A stretch of DNA of 64,000 nt from positions 868,001-932,000 of the forward strand of contig BQFW01000002.1 of the NCBI GenBank assembly GCA_020891255.1. The letters run 5' to 3'. The position numbers and the translations under genes are program-made. Source of the DNA: Entomortierella parvispora E1425 (taxonomy: Eukaryota; Fungi; Mortierellomycota). Numbering within the stretch: the first letter of the stretch is position 1; every line of letters begins with the position of its first letter. Positions 44,671 through 56,200 of this stretch are shown one piece after another. The notes below the pieces were generated by a model that saw only the letters and a program-made list of their open reading frames with translations, had not been told where the DNA came from and ran no database searches.

Positions 44671-47600
44671 TTAAAACAGACCACGCTTCTGGACCTTGGT
44701 ACCGTCTACAGGTCCAGCGTTCAAGCCAACCTCCAATTCCTTCTGAATCTCAGCATGACGTTTCTTGAGATCCTCGACCTCGTCCAACTTGGCCTGCAAC
44801 GATGCCATCTCCTTCTCGAGGGATTGACGCTCCTCGGCTGTGCCAATGGTCGAGAACTCCCAGTGTCCGTGATCGCCCGTGAGCTTCAACAGATGCAAAT
44901 GGTATTTGAACAAGGCGGGACGATGCGAGATTGTGATCAGGGTGATGCCGACATCCTTGGCATGGTTGTACATCAGTCCCTCAACATCTGAACTGACGGC
45001 GGAGGTGCACTCGTCCAAAATGGCAAACTTGGGCTTGTGGTAGAACAGTCTTGCCATGTTCATCTAATAGTTCAAAAGCACACGATGTCACACAAACGAG
45101 AGAGATCTTGATTAGAACAAAAAAAAAGCAACAAGGATAATCCATGCATCATCTTGTCTGTTTCTTATTCTTACCCTTTGCTTCTCTCCTCCAGAGAACA
45201 CATCCTTCCACTCCTTGACAGTATCCCAACCACCCTCGCGGTCAGGGATATATGCCAAATGAACGTGCTTCAAGATCGTCATCAACTCCTCGTCTGTCCG
45301 GCCGGCCTTGATCATGTCAGCGTGGGAGTGAGGGTAAATGACCTGATCTCTCAAAGATCCAATTGACAAGTATGCGCGCTGAGGGATGTAAAAGATATCC
45401 TTGGGGTTGGGACGCGCCAACTCTCCTCTAAACACGGGCCAAAGTCCACTGACCAAACGAGCAAAACCAGTCTTGCCCACACCGTTGGGACCGGTCACCA
45501 ACATGTGGTCACCAGGGCGAACATCCACGTTCAATCCGCGGACCAATTCTTCACCGCCGTTGGCGTTTCCGGGCGAAGGCGTCACGATGGGGACACCGAC
45601 GAAACGGATACCCTCATAACCATACTCGATCCGGCCGCGGATATCGGACAAGGAATACAACTCCTTCTCGTCTCCAGAGCCATCCTCAGATGAGGCAGCA
45701 GAGTTGGCAGTCTTTAAGTCCACACCCTCATACTGGCCAGCCTGCAGTTGGTGGAGAACAGAGATCAAGTTGTAGACACGAAGAGTCGAACCTGCCAACT
45801 CGGACATTTCCTTGTAAGAGTACATCATACGTCCACCGGCATCGGCAAGAGACATCATGAGGCTATGAATAGTTAAAAAAGGTAAAAGGTGAGTGGCTTG
45901 GATCTCCGTCCCATAGGTCCTCAGTTAGGTAGCAGTTGCTGACTTCCTTACCGCTTGCTGGTAATAAAGCCCTTGGTACGGGCACCGACGACCTTGTCTC
46001 CATTGGCAATATCCTTGACAGAGTCAACACCGCCAAGAGCGGGGAAGAAGACGGGAAGGGCGCAGAGAGTCAAACCAACAGCTGACCAGCAGTACTTGAT
46101 AATGAAATCCTCAAACATGTTGTAGGCGATACGGATCTTGTAGATCGAGTTGATATGGCGGATCAAACGCTTGTAGGTTCTCGTCAAGATGGAGTGTTCC
46201 AGCTCAGCACCATTGTAGAAGGCGACTTCCTCGGCGTTGGTGATCAGACGCGTGTGTGCCGAGCGGAAATCTCCCTCGAGCTTGGCTTCCACTGCAGCCA
46301 ACTTTCCGAAAGCGGGGGTGACCATGCGGAGCAAGAAGGCGGTGACCACATAAGAAACAAAGAGTCCTCCCATACCAGAAACACCGATCGATCGCATCAA
46401 TTGGTAGTTGAAGATGATGGTGTCCAGCAATGGCTTGCCCAAGTTGGAGTACAATCCAGCAAGGGAGTCACAGAATTTGGCAACATCTGTGGTGATGTAC
46501 TGATCCACGCCTTGGATGCGGTCATCCAAGTTCAAGGCCTTGTAGTAAGTAATTTGGTCGTTCAAATACAAGTCGTGAACATAACGCGTCAGGCGGGTGC
46601 GGAAAGCGATTGACAACTTGGATTGCAGGTAACGAATCTATAGACCAGGTATCAGAGTTAGTTTGGGAAGATTAAAAAGGTTGCTCACAGCCCACAGCAG
46701 AGATATCTCTGTTCTATGGAAGATGGCTGAAAAGAGGAGACGACAATGACAGTAGTGGCCGTGGCAGTGATAATGGTAAAAAAGTCGTAAAGCGGTGCAA
46801 AAGTATAGGCCAATTGAACGCGAAAACGTGATGGGGATGCGTCGTTTGACGTGAGGCGCGTATCTCTCGATCGCCTCCGGATGAATGATTTTTCGAGATG
46901 GAATGAGGAAACTTGCTTTGCAATCACAATTTAAAAATTGCACAGAATTTCGGTGCAGCCCGTCGGTTGTCCACTCGCGATATTCCTTGCGCCAACTGTC
47001 CCCATCCTTTCGTATCTGATCCTAGTTGAAAGGCTGGATCCACCATTGGCATATCCTGGTCCTCGATTTGATCCATGATCCACGATCCAGACAAGATACA
47101 GGACCAAATATGAAGAACAACCAAAAGAAATGAAAAAGAATCAACGATTGTCCACTTGCCATGCTGTTGGTGTAGGTGGCAGGGAGTGCAATGGCGAACC
47201 AGTATCCGAGACCGCGAATGAATCCCTTGCCGTTTCCAGCAATCTAAGAGGAGAAGGAAGGAAGAAGGCGATAAGTCGACTGGCCAAGAGATCTCCGATT
47301 GACATTCACCGTTTGCCAATGTGTGCTGCCTCGCAGGCGCCATACCAAGTCCTTGACAATATCTCCGTCGAGACGAGCCACAACAACAGACAGGTAAGTT
47401 CTCAGGACCAAGAAGGTGGTATGCAGGACCAAGATAAATGTCTCCTTGCAGTGCAGTTTGGGGATCAAGATCTTGAAGATGGCTTCAATCTGTCTAAAGA
47501 ACTCTTTGTTCACACCAACTTTGACCGAGGACTTTGCAGAGCTGGCAGACGATCCTGCAGCAGCCACCTTGGAAGGAGGAAAGAACTTTCGGTTCCTCTC

Positions 47601-47894
47601 AAAGGTCTCTGGTGAGGTATGCTTGATCGCCCGCGTGGTCTTTTTGGGCGAAAGCACCTTGGCTTCCAAGGACTCCAGGACACTGCTGGAGCCCTCCGAG
47701 GACACTTTGGAAGCAGCAGCCTCTGCCTTCTTGGCCTTGGCCTGCTTGTTGCTCAAATAACGACCCACAAAGATCGCAATGAAGCCAACCAGAGCGACGG
47801 CAGGCAAAGGGCGTGGTGCACTGGACTTCCTTGTGTGGACTGCATCAAGGACCGAGTTGATCTGCTGAGGCAAGTCCTTTGAATGAACAGCCAT
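44671..47894 (-). CDS. PXA1: Peroxisomal long-chain fatty acyl-CoA ABC half-transporter (ABCD), Pxa1 type; 5 exons
   Basis: PATYTNSM|IRYLQSKLSIAFRTRL, EAA-like HTRLITNAEEVAFY, DAGGRMMYSYKE, Walker A GPNGVGKT, signature FSGGEKQR, RLFYHKPKFAILDECTSAVS. Confidence 0.95.
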
Positions 47895-48612
47895 TATGGG
47901 GTGGTATATGCGGGAGGGGAGACAGGAAGAGAAGGGTGGCGGAGAATTGATCCTTCCTGAATGGCAAGAATGGGAAGGGAAGGATGGAGAAGATTGCGCG
48001 TTCCAAAGGAAAGGATGCAGATGATTAAAAAAAAAGAAAAAAAAATAGGAAGGACGAAAAGCTGGGACCTCTAGAGAGTACTGATGACGAAAAAGACAGA
48101 GAGGAGAGGAGAGGAGAAGTAAAGGACGAGGCGATGGGAAGAGAAGAGAGGAGAGGAGAGGAAGGGAAGGGAAGAGAAGGAAGGAAAGAAAGACGACCAA
48201 GGAGGCAATGACCGCACACACACTCGCGCGGTCTCTTTTGCGCCGTGTGGGTGGGCGGGAGTCGGTCGCTGATCGCACGCATGGTCTCATTCAATGGACC
48301 CCCTCTCTCTCTCTCTTTCTCTTTCCTTCTTTCTTTTTCTTCTTCATGCCATGCCACGCAGGTCTATGTGCATGCAGCCTTGCTTCCCTTCAGACGTGCG
48401 TGTTTGCATCCGACTGCTGTTGCTATCCTGTAGACACATCGCATCGGGCAGCCAACAGCTGCTAGCAACCTACGCTGACCAGCCCCTGCTCTCCAACTCC
48501 TCGCCACTTCTCCACCTTTTTTTTTTTTTTTTTTTTTTCTCCTTCCTCTTCTGACATATGGGACGGGAGAATGAGAAAGGGGGGTCTTTCTCGCGGTGCA
48601 ACCTGCAAGCAG

Positions 48613-48620
48613 TCACGTGA
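48613..48620. promoter_or_regulatory. TCACGTGA E-box upstream of PXA1, with a second CACGTG at 48651
   Basis: GTCACGTGAG about 720 bp upstream of the PXA1 ATG. Confidence 0.35.
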
Positions 48621-48993
48621 GGTATGAACTTTATTACGAGTCTTTTTCTGCACGTGAAATCGGAGCCATCTTGCGTCTTGTTGGTTGTTGCACACAACAT
48701 GCCATGTGCGCGTGTTGTGCTTGTATCTGTGTATCTGTGTGCAAGGTGAAAAGAGCATGTTCGTCTCCAGTGTGTGATCAGCCAATCCCCGTCTGCCTGT
48801 TCCCACTCCCTGATCTGCTCTGCTCATTCCACAGGGCGAGAAACCCGCGTTTTCTTCATTTTTGTTGTGATGATGATTGTCATTTTCATGCTGATGACCA
48901 AGGCTCTCCTGTCTCGACAATAGAACGCCAATCCTGTTATGTTGCGATTCTTGAAATCGTGACTTTCTCCTCCTTGAGCTGGACAAGTTCATT

Positions 48994-50135
48994 CTACTCC
49001 TCGTCGTCCATAGTCTCTGAGGGTCCGCCCTGACCGAGTCGATCTTCCTCACGGTACTCTTGCTCGTACTCGGTCATGTCAGCTGCACTGTCGTGGAACA
49101 GTCCCTCCACAAATCTGTGGATATCTTCTCCCTCCATATCCTCCTCTTCTTCATCCTCGTCTTCCTCGTCTTCAGTCAAATTGAGTAGCTCCTCCTCTGT
49201 CAGAGGCTCCTCGTCCGGGCCTTCCACTATTCGCTCCAATTGCTCCTCCTCCAGCAACTCGTCTTGCTCCCGCAATTGCTCTTCTGCTCCAAGAATGGCT
49301 TCCTCCAGGGCTTCTTCAGCCTCTTCAAAACGCTCCTCTGCCATCTCCAAAGCGGCCTCCTCCTCAGCCTCCAGCTCCTCCAGTTGCTCCTGCTCTTGAC
49401 CATCTTCCTTTTCTGCACCTTGTTCATCCTCTTCCTCCTGGATCGACTCGAGTTCCTTTCCAGCTGTCCATTTGTCAGAAAAGTGGGACGCTTTTGGATC
49501 CGTCTCCAAAACTCGGTTCTCCTTGGCCTCTGCTTCTGCCGCGGCCGCCCCACTCATCACGCCAAGCTTGCCTTCCTTCTTTGTTTTCTTTTTCACCCTC
49601 GATCCTTTGCTTTTGAAGGAATCCTTTTTGACTGGCGAGCCCACCAAACAAGATGTGCCTTCTTGGTCGGTCAAACAGCCTACTCCAACCTGTTCAAGGA
49701 AATAGAGCAAAGAAAAGAAGAGAAAGATAAAAAAAAAAAAAGACGCGTCAAAAAAAAACCAGATACGCCACCAATTTTTTTTGGAATGTTTTTTTTTTTT
49801 TTTTTTGCCATTACCTGGACACTGCCTTCGCCGTCTTTGGAGGCACGACCATGATCCGAAGACCCGAACCAGGGCAAGGCTGCTTCAATGGTTCTCTCGC
49901 GCGCCGGTAATGCCATCATGATCTCTGTATCGTCCGCCAGGGCAGATCCTTTACTGGCCTTCCTGAATTGTTGATCCGCTTGGGAAGGTGTTCGATCCTC
50001 CAAATGACCCATGCCAGGCTCTGGCAAAGCCACATAATAAAAGAGGACCATCATCAACAGGGATCCACTCAAGACCATCCTCTTGGAGCTAAAGAGTCGA
50101 AGTCGAGCCCCATGTCCACCCACCCATAAGACCAT
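48994..50135 (-). CDS. Hypothetical type II membrane protein with a highly acidic C-terminal region; 2 exons
   Basis: N-terminal TM MVLSGSLLMMVLFYYVAL. Intron GTCCAG|GTAATG...GAACAG joins to VGVGCLTDQEGTSC and a Glu-rich helical tail. Confidence 0.65.
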
Positions 50136-50604
50136 TTTCTGTCAAAGGATCTTTTTTTTTTTTTTTTCTAGCTATTCTTTTTCTTTCCCGCCTTGATGTT
50201 CTGCCGTCCTTGGATCGATATTTTGATGCTAGAATATACTGCTACTGACGCAATGAGTCCGAAAGAAAGAAAAAAAAGGGAGGAGAGAGGGAGGTAGAAA
50301 AGGAATAGAAACAAATAGCAAGGGTGTCAGACAATTAAAAGACATGAGAAAAAAAAATCTCGTTCCACCCTGCAAATATTTCGGGATTTGGAAGGATGTT
50401 TCAAAAACGTCCACGTCCACCATTAACAGATACAAAAAGGCACTTTATTATATGGGTGGGTAGTGGCGTGGCGGTGGCGGTGGCGGTGAAAAGGAAATAT
50501 GTGCAAGGTGCGAGTTTGAATAGTCTGCTGAAAAAAAAGGGAAAAGAAAAAAAAGAAAAAAGAAAAAAAAATGGAAAAGATCAAAACGAAATGCCAAAAA
50601 TCCT

Positions 50605-53107
50605 TTAGCGCCCATTGCTGTTCCGCTCCAATGCCTCCTTCATTAACCGGATGGGGAGCGCAAAGGACTCTACAATTTGGGTGGCATCTTCTTGGGTACC
50701 GTACTGCTCTGTTGCTTCCATCCTCTTATGCAAATCGGCAATACCCCTCAGTACCTCCAACATCATCTCCCGAGGCTGAAGCTGTGTCTGTGCTGGCTGT
50801 GATGACTGGGTTGTCTGCGAATGTACCGTTTGAGGGGAATTTGAAGGCTGTGACTCCGTCTGACGGAGTGTCATCTCTACATCCGTGCCATCCAAGTACC
50901 CATTGGCCGCTCCAGAGTGCACAAGATGAGACCCTGAGCCTGACGGGTGATCATAGAGTATACCTGCAGCCGCTGCGACCGCTGATACTGCATCTTCGCT
51001 AGGACCGCTCGAGTGAGCAACAATAGACCTCATGGAATGAGAATAATCAGCCGAGTCCTGTTCATTGTTTCCGACACTGGACGCGAGGCTTGGTAGACTA
51101 TCCGCACTGCCAGCCTGCTCCTGAATGGCTCGAGAAATCGCATTGAGAGACATGATCTGTCGGTCTACCTCGCTCTGACCATGGCTATCATCCTGTTTGT
51201 GATTTGGAAGCCCCTCTGAACTGGGTAGGGTATGGACCGCTAGTGTCTGCTGATCCTGGCCCTGATTACGAGACTCTATCGTGTCAGAGGACTCGGTATA
51301 CTGATTCTGCAATGGGTCCCGTCGCTGCTCATGGGTGAGTTCGATCAATTGCCAGGCAGCTTCGTGAGGCATTGTAGGATTTTCTTTGGAGCCTTGATCA
51401 GGTGCATGACTATGAGATGGGTCAGTTGGTTGACTGGAAGAGGGCGTTGAGGAGCTGGAAGTCTGTACAAGGGGGGTCTCTCCGTGCCCTGACCCAAACA
51501 CTATCAAGGACTGGCTGGAATTGGCTCTTTCTGATGGCTGGGTGGATGGCGATCTGGTGCCGCCGGTCCTGTTTAATTGCCGCATACTGTTGGCAAATTG
51601 AGCATAGCTTACGGTGACCAGTTGCTTCAAGTTTTGCCGCGTAGCCGGATGTAACTATGTTGCCATTATGTTGAAAATGTAAGGGGAGAAGACTTCAACC
51701 AATGCAGCACCTCCATTGAAACAAAACATTTGTCCCATACCTCATCTAGTAATGGCGATTCACTCGTCATAATTGACTTTACAGTCTTCCAGTCCATACC
51801 TTCCTGCACACGCGTTTTGATCCAAGTCTTCAGATCCTGCGGTAGCCGTTGCGCCTTGATATCTTCCATGATATCCGGTATATGACCCACATGCTTCCAA
51901 GAGTACTCTATCGTGACTTCATCGTCCAGGAACTGCTTTCTAATCTTGATAAATGCCGGACATCCACATTTGATACTCTCCGATCTCTTTCGCTTCTTTT
52001 TCGGCTCAATGTCTGGATTCTTCCGGTCTCTATATTGGCCTGCATGGTCACAGTGATACTCCCGACTCCATTCACTGGCCGTGGGTCCTCGCGACACCCG
52101 AGAAAACGCTATATTTTGAAGAGGTCATATTAACATTTGATACCAGATTTACAAAAACAAGTTTCATTGCATAAAAGTAAAAAAATCAACGGCCAAGACT
52201 TACAGTCCTTGTCGCGCTGTCGATGCCGGACCAGATTCCAGCGACCATGTGCCTTTTCATTTTGGAACCAAGACTCCCAGTCGTCTGCAGGCCATTTGAT
52301 GACCATTGGATTCGTTTCGAAACGATTCGGTTGATTCCCTGCTCTCTTGTCCACACTGGGGCTCGAGCTTTGATCCACAAGATTGCTGCTGCTGCTGCTA
52401 CCACCAGCAACACCTCCCCTATAGCTCGAGCCAGCGATACGACCATTCTCGCCCTGTTCCGAATTGTACGCGCCAGCTGAGGGAGAAGAAGGGGACGAGG
52501 TGGAAGACAATCCAACATTTCTGGCTGCTGCTGCTGCCACGGCCGATGCCATGGCCGTATCCAGACTCTCCAGGGCCGATATCGTCGGACTGACGGCGTT
52601 ACTGGTCCCATGATTTCTTCGACTGCTACCGCTGCTGCTGTTGCTGTGGCTGCCGGCACCGTGGTGATGATTGTCGGTACCGCCGTGGGCTCGAGCGTGG
52701 TTGTGACTGTTCTCAATGGCACTAGCAATGAGGTTCCTGGTGAGGATCATGGAGCTGCTGTCATGGATCGCGTTGGGAGCCTGTCTGGATCCTCCGTTGG
52801 AAGACAGGTCACCGAGATGGGTCGCACCGTGCATCAACGGCCGCGAGGAGGGTTCCACGTGGGCGTGATCATGCTGGTGACCCTGCAGAGGTGCCATGGC
52901 TTGGTCAGGGTGCTGCTGCTGTTGCTGCCGTTGCCGCAAATGCTCAAATGACAGATGCCTTTCTTCTTGCTCGTGACGCTGGAGGTACTTTTGGTGGTGC
53001 TGCGGTGGTTGATGTGGCTGCTGCTGCTGTTGCTGTTGTTGTTGTTGTTGCTGTTGCTCTTGGTGCTGACGCACGAGACCATGCAGCACCGCTGTAGGAT
53101 CGTCCAT
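50605..53107 (-). CDS. FAR1/AFT-like (WRKY-GCM1 fold) zinc-finger protein derived from a Mutator transposase N-terminus, lacking the DDE domain; 3 exons
   Basis: EYHCDHAGQY..KRSESIKCGCPAFIKI..IEYSWKHVGHIP followed by QRLPQDLKTWIKTRVQEGMDWKTVK. Poly-Q/H N-terminus. Both introns are GT-AG and in phase. Confidence 0.72.
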
Positions 53108-53177
53108 TATGAGTGCAAGGGGAAAGAAATCAGGTCGCGGTGAAAGCTCGAAAGGGCATGCATCAAGGATGAAATGA

Positions 53178-53185
53178 TCACGTGA
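53178..53185. promoter_or_regulatory. TCACGTGA E-box (ATCACGTGAC) upstream of the MULE-derived gene
   Basis: About 70 bp upstream of the minus-strand ATG at 53107. Confidence 0.4.
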
Positions 53186-53259
53186 CTAACATAGACTTTT
53201 TTTTTTTTTTTTTTTTTTTAATTCGTGGTCCCCTAGACCAAACAGAAGTGTCAGGCAGC

Positions 53260-56200
53260 CTAGCTTTCAAAGACGCCGGCCGTCATTCGACGCGGAGGAC
53301 GATAGGCCGCTGGTAGGAACTTGATCTGAAGGTTATTGAATGCAAACTTGCCTCTCTTGAACCCTCCTTCTTGTGTACCGACGCCAGAGGTGGAGCAAAG
53401 CGGAGGCAGATCCGAACAGGACTCGAGGCTGCCTACGCTTGGCCGATGGTTGTGCTGCAGCGGATGTGGAGCTTTCGCCTTTGCAGAGTCATCCTTGGTC
53501 GCCTTTGTCAGGAACCCCAGTCCAAAAACTAGAGGAGAAGCGCGTTTGCTGGACCGCGAATTGCCAGGTGTTACCTGCTGTTGCTGTTGTTGCTGGAAAT
53601 AGGCTGATTGCTGTGAGGACCACGATGGAGTAGACCTGTGCGTCAAAGGTGGATGTGTCGTAGAGCTCCCTGGTTGACAAATCTGTGCGACACTTTGAGA
53701 TGAATCATTGCGCATAAGAACCGCCGGTTCTGTCCCGGCTGGGGCCCGTGTCCGCGAATCCAGTCCAAAGGTACGAGCAAGTCGGTTGGAGAAGTGCGTC
53801 TCTTCAAAGGTGTGAGGAAATGACGTGTAGTGTTCCTCCTGTCCAACGGAGGATGTGCTGTCCTGGGACAGCGCCGTGTCGCTTCTATGGATTGCTGGAC
53901 CACTATCCACACTAGTAGCTCCTTCCTGACCTGTAGAGGTATGGACCACAGGAACAGCCGATGCAGATGGAGGTGGAGAGTTGGAAGTAGTGGGAGAGAT
54001 GGTCTGTAGAACTCCTGACTGAGCCTCGCCTTCAAAACTCAAACCTCGGTCTACAACAACTAAACTCTCGTCATCATCAACGAGCGACTGTCCTGATGTA
54101 CTCGCACTTCCAGAGGAGGTACGCCACGGATGAGTATGTCCCATGGCGCCGTTTCCATCGGAAGAAGTCGACTCGGGGATAAGTGACTTTATGAAAGACA
54201 CGGCGTCCTTCACCTCGGCTGGTCGATGAGCATCTTGATCGACGGTGTGAATACCGTCAAAGACCTGCTCTTCCGAGACTGGCTTTGAAGAAGATCCAAA
54301 GGCCGAGATCCAGAGAAGATCCTTTGCAAAGATGCCAAGCTTGAGATTTCTCTCTACATTCTTTATCCTCACTCCGACTTCGCTCCTCATAGCGTCCAAG
54401 ATGGCCTGCCAGTCATCACCACCATTCTTCTCTTGGCTGATCTGCAGTCCGTGGCAAACACGAAGGAGATTCACTTCAGAAAGGGTCACAGCCATGGACG
54501 TCCTGTCCTTGGCACTCTTGCAGGACACAACATGACTAGTCGTCCAGAGGGGCGATGGAGGCAACTTTCTTGTCGATCGACCACTTTCCTCTTCTGAGCT
54601 GGAGCTTGGTGCCGCTTCAGACAAAGTGAGTTGTGGCCTGACCTGTCCCAGCGCTCTTGTCAAGGCTTCAGCACACTGTAAAATATTGACGTCCTTTGTT
54701 GCTCTTGCGCTGAATAGTCTTGATGTTCCAAACTCGACGACCGATCCAAGTATTCCAGAGTTTTGTTCGGATGCGGATTCTGAACGCGTGTTGGGATTAT
54801 GTGATTCCCTGTTGTCCGGAGAAGGATAATCGAGGCGAACATCACCTTCCTCGCGTATTGGATCGTCCACTGTGTCCTCGTTCATTTGCCTGGCATCATC
54901 GGCGCGTCCAAGAATAGCCTTCTCCAGGCGATCCAGTAGCTCCGCCACCAAAGACTCTCCATGCCACATCTCTACCTGTGTAGGAGACACCACGTCCCAC
55001 TCAGCACCCAAGTCCGATAGCAGCGACGCGTTGGAGAGATGACCGAGACTGGCGCTTGTAGCTCTTGGTCCATATTCGCGTGTTTGTGACTTTTCATGTC
55101 GTCTATGGGCTTGTTCCCTTGCAGCCCTGCTTTGTACTTGCCATTCCTGATATCGAGAAACGTAACTTTGCATTTGTCGAAGTCCCTTTTCATTGATGGC
55201 ACGCTGAAGTGGCGATTTGCCCCTGAGATTAGAAAGAGTCTGCATCTCATTGATCCCTTGAGAAAAGAGGACAGGGATGATCCGAATGCATGAGGTGCCA
55301 GCCTTCAACGCGTCTGGGAGAAGACTAAACTGTACTGGATCAAGTCCAAAGGACAGTGTAAGCTTGCCTCGTCTTCCCGAGATTTGAATAGAGTCGTCGC
55401 CCATGCCAGAGTCTGTTTCTGAGTCAGCAGAGGTAAATCGTGAGTGGAAACCGATTGAGACCGAAGCACGAACGTCGACTATAGCCTGCAAGTAGTCTAG
55501 AAGCATTCCCAGTTCACTACCCTGAGTTGACAGCAAACTCTCAATCTGTACAAGCCATCCAAGACTCGAAAGCTGGTCCCAAAAGACCTCGTTCTGGGCT
55601 TTAGCAGTTGGAAAGTCTTCGAGAGGATGAGCGGATTCCAGTTTCGATCGAATAAATGAGTCTGATCTTCCGTGCTTCTTATGAGTGTTCGAGCTACTGG
55701 AATGCGACGATTTGAGAGATGGTCGACGAGTCGCCTTTGCTATGCTCTGAGTGGAAGCACGGTGTGCTGTGGTTGCAGCGGATGGTTCATGCCCCGGGGC
55801 ACGGTGGGCAGTTGATTCCTCAGATATTAATGCCATTCCGTTCGACAGGTGAACTTCTGCCGCTTTCGCCGTCGTCCTGCCTTCAACAGCTTGCGACATC
55901 TCACACCACCAATCCTCTAAAAGCGCCAAGAAAGCCGTGGCAAGCGCCGTCATTGCCTGCGAGAAGCAACATTCTCTTGTTCTCTTTTCCACAACCCACT
56001 CTGGTCCTGCGACCTCTATTGAATCGACCATGAGACATTCGAGCTGAATTGCCACAGCGATAAATCCAAGCAGGTCCTCAGAGCATGTGAGAATATCCTT
56101 GATTGAATGTTTGATATGTGTCTTCCAGTTCGCAGAAGGTTCCTGTCCAACAGGTTGATCGATCTCCGCTTCGCCTCCGAGATCCAATCGTCCTAGCCGC

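Noticed and set aside
50605-53107. Active Mutator transposon
   Set aside because: No DDE domain, terminal inverted repeats or target-site duplication, so it is treated as a host gene.
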